This document shows, one piece after another, positions 1 through 10,199 of a DNA stretch of 64,000 bases. Made by a program: the position numbers and the translations under genes. The notes below the pieces were generated by a model. The model did no database searches. It was given only the letters and a program-made list of their open reading frames with translations, and had not been told where the DNA came from. Location of the stretch: assembly GCA_963740315.1 (NCBI GenBank), contig CAVUDP010000001.1, positions 1,184,001 to 1,248,000 on the forward strand. Reading direction: 5' to 3'. The first letter of the stretch is position 1; each line of letters opens with the position of its first letter. The DNA is from an uncultured cyanobacterium (GTDB lineage: Bacteria; Cyanobacteriota; Cyanobacteriia; Cyanobacteriales; Nostocaceae).

Positions 1-149
1 GGCAGAGCGTAAGTGGAATAAAAAGACCCGTAATATAAGCTACAAGTAGCGATAATATGTAACAATTATTCTCTATTTGTAGCGGTAGAAGTTGACAAAA
101 ACAATTTTTACCTTCTCAATAAAAGATGATTGGCACCAGGAGCGTAACA

Positions 150-743
150 GTGAATAATATATTTTCCCGATTGAGAGACTTTGTTGGTTTAAACGAACCC
201 GTGGAATACGAATATTACGAAGAGGAGCCGGATGCAGAAGGTTACGAAAATTTGTATCAAGAGCAGAATCAAACAGCACCTCCTCAACCAGATGTTGCAG
301 TTAATCGACGTTGGCGCGAAGGGGTGCCTACAATGGGAACTGATGTAGCAAGTTCAACTTCAGCAAAGGCAATGAGCAATGTTATCGGTATGCCAGGGGT
401 ATTAAACGGTATTTCTGAAGTTTTGGTGCTTGAACCGCGCACCTTTGAAGAAATGCCTCAAGCAATTCAAGCGCTGCGCGAACGCAAGTCTGTGGTATTA
501 AATTTAACAATTATGGACCCAGACCAAGCACAGCGTGCTGTAGATTTTGTTGCAGGAGGTACTTACGCCCTTGACGGACATCAAGAGCGGATTGGGGAAA
601 GTATATTTTTGTTTACGCCTAGCTGCGTACAAGTCAGTACTACTGGCGGAGTACTTCATGAAGTTCCTCAACCTCCAGTGCGCCCCCGTCCGAATCCATC
701 TACCCAAGCGTGGGGAAACGAACCGAATCGCATGGCACAATAA
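150..743 (+). CDS. sepF: Cell division protein SepF (YlmF)
   Basis: C-terminal SepF domain (EPRTFEE...VVLNL...[31 protein letters not shown]). GTG at 150 follows AGGAG and is the likely start (ORF track starts at 126). sepF-proC order is typical. Confidence 0.95.
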   Translation: MNNIFSRLRDFVGLNEPVEYEYYEEEPDAEGYENLYQEQNQTAPPQPDVAVNRRWREGVPTMGTDVASSTSAKAMSNVIGMPGVLNGISEVLVLEPRTFEEMPQAIQALRERKSVVLNLTIMDPDQAQRAVDFVAGGTYALDGHQERIGESIFLFTPSCVQVSTTGGVLHEVPQPPVRPRPNPSTQAWGNEPNRMAQ

Positions 744-753
744 AGATAAACTA

Positions 754-812
754 GTCATTAGTCATTAGTCATTAGTCCGTTTTTCTGCCTGATGACCAAT
801 GACAAATGACCA
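754..812. repeat. Short tandem heptamer repeats (AGTCATT / AATGAC[A/C]) in inverted arrangement
   Basis: agtcattagtcattagtcatt followed by gatgaccaatgacaaatgacc. Confidence 0.8.
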
Positions 813-827
813 ACGACGGAATGGGCA

Positions 828-1646
828 ATGACGAATCACAAAAAATTTGGCTTAATTGGTGGCGGGGTAATGGGCGAAGCATTATTATCCCGCCTCATCA
901 GTTGTGAAATATATCAACCATCGGAAGTTATTGTCAGCGAACCACTTTTAGAGCGTCGAAGTTATTTAGAGCAAGAATACAAAATTTTAGCGATCGCCGA
1001 TAGCAGCATGGCGTTTGCTCAAGCGACAGAAGTAGTATTTTTAGCAATAAAGCCTCAAATCTTCAGTGCAATTGCTCAGGAGTTAGCGGGAGTAATCGAA
1101 AATGGAAGCAAGCAATTAATAGTTTCTATTTTGGCAGGAGTACCATTAAAGCAATTAGAAGCAGCTTTTCCTGGCTTGCCAGTAATTCGAGCAATGCCAA
1201 ACACCCCAGCTACAGTAGGTGCGGGAATAACTGCAATTTGTTGTGGTGCTTACACTAAAGAGAAACATACTGAAGTTGCAACCAAGCTATTTTCCGCAAT
1301 CGGGTCCGTAGTAGAAGTACCCGAACACTTAATGGATGCCGTTACAGGGCTTTCAGGTAGCGGTCCGGCTTATGTAGCAATGATGGTAGAAGCCCTCGCT
1401 GACGGAGGAGTTGCAGCAGGTTTACCAAGAGCGATCGCCAGCACCCTAGCATTACAAACGGTGTTGGGAACGTCACGATTGTTACAAGAAAGCCAAATGC
1501 ACCCAGCAATATTAAAAGACAAAGTTACCAGCCCAGGAGGTACGACAATTGCCGGAATTACTAAACTTGAACAAGCCGGGTTTCGTTCCGCACTAATTGA
1601 AGCAGTAAAAGCCGCTACCAAGCGTTCTCAGGAACTAGGTAATTAA
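828..1646 (+). CDS. proC: Pyrroline-5-carboxylate reductase
   Basis: GLIGGGVMG nucleotide-binding motif, RAMPNTP, TGLSGSGPAY, VTSPGGTT. Confidence 0.97.
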   Translation: MTNHKKFGLIGGGVMGEALLSRLISCEIYQPSEVIVSEPLLERRSYLEQEYKILAIADSSMAFAQATEVVFLAIKPQIFSAIAQELAGVIENGSKQLIVSILAGVPLKQLEAAFPGLPVIRAMPNTPATVGAGITAICCGAYTKEKHTEVATKLFSAIGSVVEVPEHLMDAVTGLSGSGPAYVAMMVEALADGGVAAGLPRAIASTLALQTVLGTSRLLQESQMHPAILKDKVTSPGGTTIAGITKLEQAGFRSALIEAVKAATKRSQELGN

Positions 1647-1845
1647 GGAGTAGGGAGTAGGGAGTAGGGAGTAGGGAGTAGTAGGGAGACAAGGAGTAAG
1701 CAGAGGGAGCGGAGGAAGCGGAGGGAGCCGAGGGAGCCGAGGGAGCCGAGGGAGAAAGAAATAAAATTGCTTCCTCTGCCTCCCCTGCTCCCCATCTCCC
1801 CCTCTCCCAATCCCCAATTCCCAATCCCCAATTCCCAATTCCCAC
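1647..1845. repeat. STRR block (GGAGTAG, GAGGGAGCC, CCCAAT[C/T])
   Basis: Several tandem 7-9-mers directly after proC. Confidence 0.9.
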
Positions 1846-2017
1846 TACCTTGTTTTTTACGAAATGTCGAGAAAGCTAATCAAATTGAATGTGGTTAAGT
1901 ATAATACTCTTAGTTCGCGCAAGGGAGTTTGATTTATTTATGCAGGAAAATTATGTGCGAATCCTGCTTAATGCGATTTGAATATAAAAAAATCAGTTTG
2001 GATGCAATTTTAATTGA

Positions 2018-4684
2018 GTGAATTATCCTGCCTTAACTCCAGATGTCGATCCGAGTTCTGTTTTCTCTTTTGAACTGGATCAATTCCAAAACGATGCGAT
2101 AGCTTCTTTGAATGCCGGACGTTCAGTTGTTGTATGTGCGCCAACAGGTTCCGGTAAAACGTTAATTGGGGAATACGCGATCTATCGTGCATTGGCGCGA
2201 GGCAAGCGAGTATTTTACACTACTCCCCTCAAAGCGCTGTCTAATCAAAAGTTACGCGATTTTCGTTCCGAATTTGGTTTTGATTCGGTCGGACTTTTGA
2301 CTGGAGATGCCTCTATTAACCGGGATGCTCCAATTTTGGTGATGACGACGGAAATTTTCCGTAATATGCTCTACGGTACACCGATTGGACAAGTTGGCAC
2401 TTCTTTAATAGATGTGGAAGCGGTGGTGTTAGATGAATGCCACTATATGAATGACCGTCAACGAGGGACGGTTTGGGAAGAGTCGATTATTTATTGTCCG
2501 GAATCAATTCAAATTGTCGCTCTTTCGGCAACGGTTGATAATAGCGATCAGCTTACTGACTGGTTGAATCAAGTTCACGGTCCGACGGATTTGATTTATT
2601 CGGATTTTCGTCCGGTTCCTTTGCAATATCATTTCGGTAATAGTAAAGGTTTCTTTCCCCTACTAACGTCGGATAAATCTCAATTAAATCCTCGTTTAGT
2701 TAAAAGAAAAAGAAAGAGAGGCGACAGAAGTAAACACTTTGCCAGACAAGAATCTCCCAGCATAATTTATACCTTAGACAATTTGCGTCAAAGGGATATG
2801 CTGCCAGCAATTTACTTTATTTTTAGCCGCCGGGGTTGCGATCGCGCGGTGGCTGATGTTGGCGATTTGTGGCTGGTGGATGGAGATGAAGCGCAAAGAT
2901 TGCGTCCTCAAATTGATGATTTTTTGACTCGAAATCCCGATGCAGGTCGCGCCGGACACGTAGGTCCGCTTTACCGAGGAATTGCCGCCCATCATGCCGG
3001 AATTTTACCTGCTTGGAAAGGTTTAGTTGAAGAATTATTTCAACAAGGTTTAATTAAAGTTGTGTTTGCTACGGAAACTTTAGCAGCGGGTATAAATATG
3101 CCTGCTAGAACAACCGTAATTTCTACGCTTTCCAAACGTACCGATAGCGGACATCGTTTATTAAATCCTTCCGAGTTCTTACAGATGTCGGGAAGGGCTG
3201 GTCGTCGGGGTATGGATGAGTTGGGTTATGTAGTGACTTTGCAAACCCCCTTTGAAGGTGCCAAAGAAGCTGCATATTTAGCGACATCTCAACCAGATCC
3301 TTTAGTAAGCCAATTTTCACCAAGTTACGGTATGGTGTTAAATTTGCTGCAAACCCATACATTAGAAGAAGCGAAGGAATTAATAGAACGAAGTTTTGGG
3401 CAGTACCTAGCTAACCTGCATTTACAGCCGCAGTACAAACAAATTTCTGAGATCAAACAGCAATTAGGGGAAGTTCAGTCCAAAATTGCTGATATTAGCG
3501 ATGAGGAAGTAGCCCAGTATGAGAAATTGCGTCAACGCTTGAAAGTGGAACGCAAGCTGCTAACAACTTTGCAAGAACAAGCAGCAGAAACTCAAAAAGA
3601 AGAATTGAGCATGATGTTGAGTTTTGCCGTTTCCGGAACGCTTTTGAGTCTTAAAGGCGATAATACTCAATCTACACCAGTCACGGCAGTTTTAGTTGGT
3701 AAAACACCGGGTTCCGATACACCTTTGTTAGTGTGTTTGGGACGAAATAACCGTTGGTACGTAACGAACGTTGATGATGTGATCGATTTGTACGCTCAAT
3801 TACCTCGCATTGACGTACCTCCCGATTTGCTCCCGCCATCGGAATTGTCGCTCAAACCCGGAGAATCCTGTCATGGTTCGGAAATTTCAGACGCGATCGC
3901 CGCACAAATTCCCCAATCCACGGGTAATTTTTCTATGGCTCCGGAAGTAGTAGAGCAACTGCGCCTGGTAACGAGCTTGCAGGAACAAATGGAAAGCAGT
4001 CCCCTGTATGAATTGGGGAATGCAGCTAGCATATATAAACGTCAAGCCCGCGCCGCTGAATTAGAAGCCGAAATGCAAGAATTGCGATCGCAAGTAGAAG
4101 AACAATCTCAACGCCATTGGGATGAATTCGTCACATTAATTGAAATTCTGCAATACTTTGAAGCTTTAGATAATTTAGTACCTACTGAATTGGGACAAAT
4201 GGCGGCGGCAATTCGTGGAGAGAACGAACTATGGTTGGGTTTAGTACTTAACAGCGGCAACTTAGATCAACTAGCTCCCCATCATTTTGCTACAGCCATT
4301 GCAGCTTTAGTCACAGAAACTTCTCGTCCCGATAGCAGAGTATTTTTTGAGCTTAGCAGCGAAGTTGCCGATGGTTTAGCTTCATTACGTTCAATTCGTC
4401 GCAAAGTGTTCCAATTGCAACGCAGGTATGGGGTAGCTTTACCTGTATGGTTGGAGTTTGAATTAATTGCCTTAGTTGAAAAATGGGCGTTAGGAATGGA
4501 CTGGGTAGAACTATGTGAAAACACTACCTTGGATGAGGGAGATGTAGTACGAATTTTACGCCGTACCTTAGATTTGTTATCGCAAATTCCCCACGTTCCT
4601 CATTTACCAGATGAAATTAAGCGTAACGCTAAACGTGCAACTCAGTTAATCGATCGCTTCCCCGTGAATGAAGTGGTTGAGTGA
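2018..4684 (+). CDS. helY: Ski2/HelY-family DExH-box RNA helicase
   Basis: APTGSGKT, DECH, SAT, QMSGRAGRRG motifs; C-terminal DSHCT-like domain (LDEGDVVRILRRTLDLLSQI). Confidence 0.92.
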   Translation: MNYPALTPDVDPSSVFSFELDQFQNDAIASLNAGRSVVVCAPTGSGKTLIGEYAIYRALARGKRVFYTTPLKALSNQKLRDFRSEFGFDSVGLLTGDASINRDAPILVMTTEIFRNMLYGTPIGQVGTSLIDVEAVVLDECHYMNDRQRGTVWEESIIYCPESIQIVALSATVDNSDQLTDWLNQVHGPTDLIYSDFRPVPLQYHFGNSKGFFPLLTSDKSQLNPRLVKRKRKRGDRSKHFARQESPSIIYTLDNLRQRDMLPAIYFIFSRRGCDRAVADVGDLWLVDGDEAQRLRPQIDDFLTRNPDAGRAGHVGPLYRGIAAHHAGILPAWKGLVEELFQQGLIKVVFATETLAAGINMPARTTVISTLSKRTDSGHRLLNPSEFLQMSGRAGRRGMDELGYVVTLQTPFEGAKEAAYLATSQPDPLVSQFSPSYGMVLNLLQTHTLEEAKELIERSFGQYLANLHLQPQYKQISEIKQQLGEVQSKIADISDEEVAQYEKLRQRLKVERKLLTTLQEQAAETQKEELSMMLSFAVSGTLLSLKGDNTQSTPVTAVLVGKTPGSDTPLLVCLGRNNRWYVTNVDDVIDLYAQLPRIDVPPDLLPPSELSLKPGESCHGSEISDAIAAQIPQSTGNFSMAPEVVEQLRLVTSLQEQMESSPLYELGNAASIYKRQARAAELEAEMQELRSQVEEQSQRHWDEFVTLIEILQYFEALDNLVPTELGQMAAAIRGENELWLGLVLNSGNLDQLAPHHFATAIAALVTETSRPDSRVFFELSSEVADGLASLRSIRRKVFQLQRRYGVALPVWLEFELIALVEKWALGMDWVELCENTTLDEGDVVRILRRTLDLLSQIPHVPHLPDEIKRNAKRATQLIDRFPVNEVVE

Positions 4685-4720
4685 TTTGGGGATTGGGGAT
4701 GGGAGAGGGGGAGATGGGGA

Positions 4721-4771
4721 GTACTTCGACAAGTCTTACAGTGAGCTACGTCGAACTGCTCAGTAACCTTT
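4721..4771. repeat. 51-bp small dispersed repeat (GTACTTCGACAAG...GCTCAGTAACCTTT)
   Basis: Identical copies at 48302-48352 (reverse strand), 50280-50330 and 50344-50394; short form at 33529-33554. Confidence 0.92.
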
Positions 4772-4896
4772 GGGGAGAAAAGGGGACAAGGAGACAAGGG
4801 GAAAATAACTATTCCTAACTCCTAACTCCTAACTCTTAACTTCTAATTCCTAACGGTGTAGTTATGCAAACAACATAGCGGCATATTGTATCACTC

Positions 4897-5142
4897 TTGC
4901 GGGTGCAAATAACTACAACGCATGCGTCTAACTTTGTAATCGGAATAGAATCGCAAGACACTAATTATGCTTTCAAAAATAGTACAGGTGGTTATTTTAT
5001 TTGGCATTACCCAACATCTGCTAATGGATTTCAGATTTTTTCTGGCAGTATGACTAATGCGGATAATAATACTCGTGGTTGGTATTCTAATTGGTTTCCT
5101 TTACAAAACGGAAACAATGCGATCGCATTCTATAACCAGTAA
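4897..5142 (+). CDS. Hypothetical protein, possibly a 5'-truncated remnant
   Basis: 81-aa ORF with protein-like W/N/G composition, TTG start, and an in-frame TAG just upstream beside an STRR block. Confidence 0.4.
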   Translation: MRVQITTTHASNFVIGIESQDTNYAFKNSTGGYFIWHYPTSANGFQIFSGSMTNADNNTRGWYSNWFPLQNGNNAIAFYNQ

Positions 5143-5169
5143 ATTCATACACAAAGGAAGATAATTCAA

Positions 5170-5670
5170 ATGAAAAATAAATTTGTAATTGTAGGAATAA
5201 GTTTACTAGTCATAACTAGCATCACTTCTATTGCTTTTGCTAATCAAAAGGAACCAAAACAAAATCCTCGTCCAGATTGGATAAAACCTGGTAAGCCCGA
5301 AACTGTATCAACCCCTAATTCTAAGCAGTATCTGTATCCAGATAACAGTTTTAAAGATGAACGGAAACTAATTAAAAAAAATGATGTTATTAAAGGCAAG
5401 CTCAAGGAAGATTTAAATCTCAAGGAACTAAGATTAATTAAGTATTCCGAATACATAGATATCTTAAAAGCTAATAATGGCGATGTAGTTCAAGATATGC
5501 AAATTCATCCCAATCGATTAGTATGGGTAGCTTTCATTGAAGCTCCAGAAGGTATAGAAATCAACCAAAAGAATACTGGAACTGTCAAATATAAGAAATC
5601 AAAAATAACTATAGTCTTTGATGCAGAGACTGGAGAAAGACTTGCTACTAGTGTTGCAGAAATAAGTTAA
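5170..5670 (+). CDS. Hypothetical secreted protein
   Basis: AAAGGA RBS; signal peptide MKNKFVIVGISLLVITSITSIAFA; C-terminal VFDAETGE (PepSY-like ending). Confidence 0.75.
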   Translation: MKNKFVIVGISLLVITSITSIAFANQKEPKQNPRPDWIKPGKPETVSTPNSKQYLYPDNSFKDERKLIKKNDVIKGKLKEDLNLKELRLIKYSEYIDILKANNGDVVQDMQIHPNRLVWVAFIEAPEGIEINQKNTGTVKYKKSKITIVFDAETGERLATSVAEIS

Positions 5671-5752
5671 ATTTATTTTGTTGAATTAAAAAAGCTTGGC
5701 TTATAACCTCAAATTACAACATTTATAACTTTTTTAATCGGGAATTTTAGTA

Positions 5753-6334
5753 TTAATTCTTCTCTCCAATATCAAACCGAACTTGTCGATACAGTTTCTC
5801 CACCGGAATCGAAATTCCCACGCTTTCTAAAATTAAAGTATCTCCTTCCCCGTAGGTATGTAAAACCCATAAACCTTGATCGTTACGACGAAAGCATTCC
5901 ACAGCAATTTCATCAGATTCAATCAAAACGTATTCTTGCAAAGTACTTGATTGACGGTAGCGAGTAAACTTTTTACCTCTGTCAAAAGCTGCGGTTGATG
6001 GGGAAAGCACTTCGACAATTAAACAAGGATATCGAACCATATCAATTGATTCTCGATCGCGATCGTCGCAAGTTACCACCACATCAGGATAATGATAAGG
6101 TCCAGATTCTGATACTTTTACTTTTACATCAGATATGTAAACTTCACAATCTTTTCCTGCTAAAAAATCATCTAACTTATTGTAGAAGTTTCCTGCAATG
6201 CGGTTGTGGGGTTTTGTTCCCCCTGTCATTGCGAATACTTCTCCGTCAATGTATTCATAACGGAGTTCCTGAGTTTTTTCCCATTCGAGGTATTCCTGGG
6301 GACTCATGTATTGGAATTGAGGATTAGCAACCAT
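5753..6334 (-). CDS. Uma2-family (DUF820) PD-(D/E)XK endonuclease-like protein
   Basis: RYEYIDGEVFAMTGG, YPDVVVTC, VEVLSPST...DRGKK. Confidence 0.93.
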   Translation of the reverse strand: MVANPQFQYMSPQEYLEWEKTQELRYEYIDGEVFAMTGGTKPHNRIAGNFYNKLDDFLAGKDCEVYISDVKVKVSESGPYHYPDVVVTCDDRDRESIDMVRYPCLIVEVLSPSTAAFDRGKKFTRYRQSSTLQEYVLIESDEIAVECFRRNDQGLWVLHTYGEGDTLILESVGISIPVEKLYRQVRFDIGEKN

Positions 6335-6377
6335 TTGTTATTTCCAGATAATGGATATGTCTTATATCAATTTTATA

Positions 6378-6506
6378 TATAGAATTACTATTTGATTTTT
6401 AAGAAATACGTAGCACCACTATAACTAGATTTCGGTGCGTTAGGCTGAAGCCATAACGCACCCTACAAATACTTAATTTTGTTCAATATTCAAATCGGAT
6501 TCCTAT
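6378..6506. repeat. MITE/REP-like dispersed repeat
   Basis: End ccctacaaatact...caaatcggattcctata recurs at 47274-47318; internal hairpin GGTGCGTTA...TAACGCACC. Confidence 0.65.
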
Positions 6507-6607
6507 ATTAATAGCGATCGCTCGAAAAGCCCCCCAACTCAGCGGGGGGTTGGTTCTATCTAATTTGTGGAAACACGATAAAAAATTGGTATTAATTCGC
6601 ATTCAGA

Positions 6608-8191
6608 TTAAGAATGATTAATCAAACAAGCTTGCTCTAATTCAACTAATAAATCCTTTTCAATCGGCTTACTAGAAAGAATATCGTGTTTTAAATCTCC
6701 CCATTTTTTACCAGATTTAGCTTTATATAAACTAATAATTTCTGGAATTTGCGAAGAAACCATAACTTGCACGGGTTGTAATTGTTCTAATTGTCTGGCG
6801 CGATGATAATGATGGGATTTTTGTAACTCTTGCTCTAATTGGAAAGCTATTTTTTCGGGGTTTTGTGCGGTATCAATTAATAACAGATAATGCTCTTGCG
6901 GATGCTTTACAGGTACTAAAGTTTTAAAACAGCTTCCTTGTAAAGGTAAACTTTCTAAAACATCGCGAACAAAATGGGAATGCAATTTTTCACCAACTAA
7001 ATCGCTAACTTCTTTTTGTCTGCCGATAAATTCCAAACAAGGTGTATTCAGATATGAATGAGTAAAACGTACTCTATCTCCAATACGATAACGATATAAT
7101 CCTCCTTTTTGAGAAATAATCATTTCATAGGTTTCTCCCTGTTTTAATTCATGAAGTTGAGAAATCAACCCGTTTTCATCTAGAAACTCGAAAAACACTT
7201 CATTAAGTAGGGGTACGCATCCTTTTGCGGGAATCAAGGGAATAGTCATTGGTGCTTCTGTAGCGAGAAGTCCTTTTCCCTGTACTAAAACGTTAGGAAA
7301 CAAAGAGCGAAAAAAATCGGCACCATCAGCAGCGTTGGCGCTATCCCAGCAAGAAATTAATTTAAGTTGGCTCCATAATAGATTCCAAGGAATGCGATCG
7401 CGATTAATTGTTTGTATAGAAACTTGTTTGAATAATTCAGGTTGTAACAGCATTAAACGCCGTTTTGCTGACATTTTATTTGTAAGTTCTGAAGCTAGAG
7501 AGAGGCGATGATTTTGAATATAATCAAGGATGACTTTGAGAAAACTTGGACTCCAAATAGAGATGATTTCTAAATTTTCGGAAGTTAAAAGTGACTGAGC
7601 AAGTTTATGTTTAAATTTTTCTGGATCGCGTACTTTATTTAATTCAGATGGTGAAACTAAAAACTGACTCATTACCCACTTCAACCAGCCATCTAAATAT
7701 TCCGAATCGTCTTGTAAAGATTGAGAAGAGGTTTTTTGTAATTCTTCTTTTCCCAATTGTGGTGAAATACAAAAATATATTTGTCCGGTGGTAAACTTAG
7801 GACCATGTTTAATTAAATCATGCGCCCATACACAAAACATTTGATTGAAAGAATGTCGCAAAGATTTGGTATAGGGAATCAATTTAGCTGTACCACGACT
7901 TCCAGAAGTTTTTTCATAGAAAACAACTTTTTCGGAGGTGAATAATTCAGTTTGTTCTCGGTGTTGAGTATGAATCCAATTTTGAATATTATGATATTCT
8001 ACTATCGGAATACGATGCCAATCATCAATAGTTTTAACGCGTAAATATCTACCGTAATCGCTTTCAATCAAACTGTTTAATATTTCTTGCTGTACTTTTT
8101 TTTGTGCAGCTTGGGGATTTTCTAAAGCTCGATAAAAAGTCTTACTAGCAGATTCGATTAGTTTGCCAAAAAGTTGTATTGTTAAACGCAT
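6608..8191 (-). CDS. GH3-family acyl-acid amido synthetase (adenylate-forming)
   Basis: EKTSGSRG..KLIPYT, KGLLATEA and GGLYRYRIGD GH3 motifs. Confidence 0.9.
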   Translation of the reverse strand: MRLTIQLFGKLIESASKTFYRALENPQAAQKKVQQEILNSLIESDYGRYLRVKTIDDWHRIPIVEYHNIQNWIHTQHREQTELFTSEKVVFYEKTSGSRGTAKLIPYTKSLRHSFNQMFCVWAHDLIKHGPKFTTGQIYFCISPQLGKEELQKTSSQSLQDDSEYLDGWLKWVMSQFLVSPSELNKVRDPEKFKHKLAQSLLTSENLEIISIWSPSFLKVILDYIQNHRLSLASELTNKMSAKRRLMLLQPELFKQVSIQTINRDRIPWNLLWSQLKLISCWDSANAADGADFFRSLFPNVLVQGKGLLATEAPMTIPLIPAKGCVPLLNEVFFEFLDENGLISQLHELKQGETYEMIISQKGGLYRYRIGDRVRFTHSYLNTPCLEFIGRQKEVSDLVGEKLHSHFVRDVLESLPLQGSCFKTLVPVKHPQEHYLLLIDTAQNPEKIAFQLEQELQKSHHYHRARQLEQLQPVQVMVSSQIPEIISLYKAKSGKKWGDLKHDILSSKPIEKDLLVELEQACLINHS

Positions 8192-8203
8192 AAAGTTATT
8201 TTT

Positions 8204-8839
8204 CTATAAATCAGTTATGTCTTTTTCTAAGTTTCCTACTAATGCATTTGGATACAAACGGCTATCAGCAGAAATAAAAGTTCCATCGGGGATAATTACA
8301 CCAGGAGCAAGATAAGAATTCGCTCCTAAAAAGACATTGTTACCAATTTTTATTTTTTTGACATACAGCATTAAATCTTGCTTTTTGGGTTTAACTATAT
8401 GAGCAAAAAGACCGCAACTTTGACCGAAAACTACGCGATCGCCTATTTCTATTAAGGAACGATCTGCTATTTCTAAATTGGGAGTCCAATAAACATTCTG
8501 ACCAACTTTTGCTCCCCACAGTCGTAACCACAACGAAAATGCACCGGGAATTAGACGTAATGCTGATTCAAAGAAGCTAAAAGTAATGTATATAGACTGT
8601 ATTTGATGACTTCCCCACCAAGGTGAATATTCTTTACCTTGTAAATAACTAATTCCTTCTTCAATGGGGTAAAAATAGTCATGTATTTTGTGGATTAATA
8701 ATGGAAATCCGTAGAAGGAAAATAAAAAAGCAGCAACGCTAAAAATTCCAGGGGAATAGCAAATCCACAGGAAAGAAATAAATCCCAATAGCATTACAAC
8801 AGCAGGGAATAAGGAAAGTATAGTACTTTTTAAAGTCAT
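8204..8839 (-). CDS. Membrane-anchored hexapeptide-repeat (left-handed beta-helix) acyltransferase-like protein
   Basis: Two N-terminal TM helices; LRLWGAKVG, IEIGDRVVFG, IKIGNNVFLGANSYLAPGVII. Confidence 0.85.
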   Translation of the reverse strand: MTLKSTILSLFPAVVMLLGFISFLWICYSPGIFSVAAFLFSFYGFPLLIHKIHDYFYPIEEGISYLQGKEYSPWWGSHQIQSIYITFSFFESALRLIPGAFSLWLRLWGAKVGQNVYWTPNLEIADRSLIEIGDRVVFGQSCGLFAHIVKPKKQDLMLYVKKIKIGNNVFLGANSYLAPGVIIPDGTFISADSRLYPNALVGNLEKDITDL

Positions 8840-9028
8840 GGATTTAAATATGGTAGTTGCTTGAACGCGATCGCTTGCACTATTCTCTACAAGTCTGCTG
8901 CATTATAAATGGGACATAATTTAGTTATTTCCACGGTATTCGACATATTGAGTAGTAATACCAACTGCTTTGAAATCGCGTATAAATCCGGAATATAGAT
9001 CGGTTAGATTACAATTACTTTAAATTCT

Positions 9029-9345
9029 CTAGTTGAATATGATGAAATTAAAATGTTTTCACCGTTTTCCCGACGTACCGCAACTTCAGTATTTATTGAG
9101 AAGTCGGGTTTTTATAAAATTTGTAAGTGTATTACAGATACGTGTTCTAAAAACCCGACTTCTGAGCATTAAAATTAGGGGTGCGGTATTTAAGCCGTGT
9201 GGTACTAGTTGAATATGATGAAATTAAAATGTTTTCACCGTTTTCCCGACGCACCGCAAGTTCAGTATTATTGAGAAGTCGGGTTTTTATAAAATTTGTA
9301 AGTGTATTACAGATACCTATTCTAAAAACCCGACTTCTGAGCATT
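9029..9345. repeat. Two ~141-bp direct repeats, each with a long internal inverted repeat
   Basis: 9029-9170 is nearly identical to 9205-9345; each holds AGAAGTCGGGTTTTTA...TAAAAACCCGACTTCT. Confidence 0.9.
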
Positions 9346-9352
9346 TACATTC

Positions 9353-10078
9353 TTATTCAAACGGGAAAAATAATTTTTTGGCGAAAGATAGGGAACTATT
9401 AATACCCAAGCAGTCTGGCGCATTCTCGGATTCGTAATAAGTGCCGTGTATTTTATCCCAAAGCTTCAAATTTGCACCGTAGTTTCCTTTAATACAGCTT
9501 TGCGAGTGATGCCAAGCATGGTCTTGCGGTAAAATTAACCACGGAGATAAGCAGCGATATAGCCAGGAATTTGATGTTGGAGTAAAACTACTGTGTCGCC
9601 ACAAATCTAAAACCGAACTTAAACTGATGCCTAGAATATACCAGTTAGGGTCTTGCAGCAAATAGATAAATATTGAGTGAATCCATAGATAAACGATAAA
9701 AAAACTCGTCCATAATGTATTTCGGGAAGTTCCTAAAACATCCATTTCCGTTACTGTATGATGCACTTGATGGATAAACCACAACGAACGAGTATGAAAT
9801 AGACGATGATTCCAATAGTAGAGATAGTCTACAAATACAAAACTTAATAAAAAAGCCGCAACGGGATAAAGATTTAATGAAGCGCGAGCATTTGGTAGCA
9901 ACAATTGGAATTTGAAAACTACAGCGATTTGAAAAAACGGTATTGCAACTCCCTGAAAAAATAAGCCAATACCGTCTAATAACCAATCCTCACGCTTCTT
10001 TTTCCACCATAGAAACGGTTGCTTGCTATTTGTAACGGTTAATGCTAGAAGAATTACGAATGTAAAGAAAACCAACAT
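9353..10078 (-). CDS. Sterol desaturase / fatty-acid hydroxylase family membrane diiron enzyme
   Basis: His boxes YWNHRLFH, IHQVHH and DHAWHH; NYG...WDKIHGT. Confidence 0.9.
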   Translation of the reverse strand: MLVFFTFVILLALTVTNSKQPFLWWKKKREDWLLDGIGLFFQGVAIPFFQIAVVFKFQLLLPNARASLNLYPVAAFLLSFVFVDYLYYWNHRLFHTRSLWFIHQVHHTVTEMDVLGTSRNTLWTSFFIVYLWIHSIFIYLLQDPNWYILGISLSSVLDLWRHSSFTPTSNSWLYRCLSPWLILPQDHAWHHSQSCIKGNYGANLKLWDKIHGTYYESENAPDCLGINSSLSFAKKLFFPFE

Positions 10079-10199
10079 ATTAATAAATCAGTTTCAATTT
10101 ATACGATTTGAAGATTATATAATCGCTATACTTTTGTCAGGTTCTACCTGGGAATTTTTTGGAAGTGGCTGAGCCACTTCTTTTTTTATGTATACTCAT

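Noticed and set aside
1..21. Possible 3' end of yggS upstream of sepF
   Set aside because: Too few bases to recognise.
1615..1845. Three short ORFs (MGIGNWG...)
   Set aside because: Translations of STRR repeats in all frames; the same applies to the ORFs at 33338-33777 and 11232-11435.
8900..9402. ORFs 9147-9344 (-) and 9181-9402 (+), and a possible hidden ACP gene for the cluster
   Set aside because: These ORFs lie within the duplicated hairpin element; no GxDS phosphopantetheine motif was seen in the frames examined.
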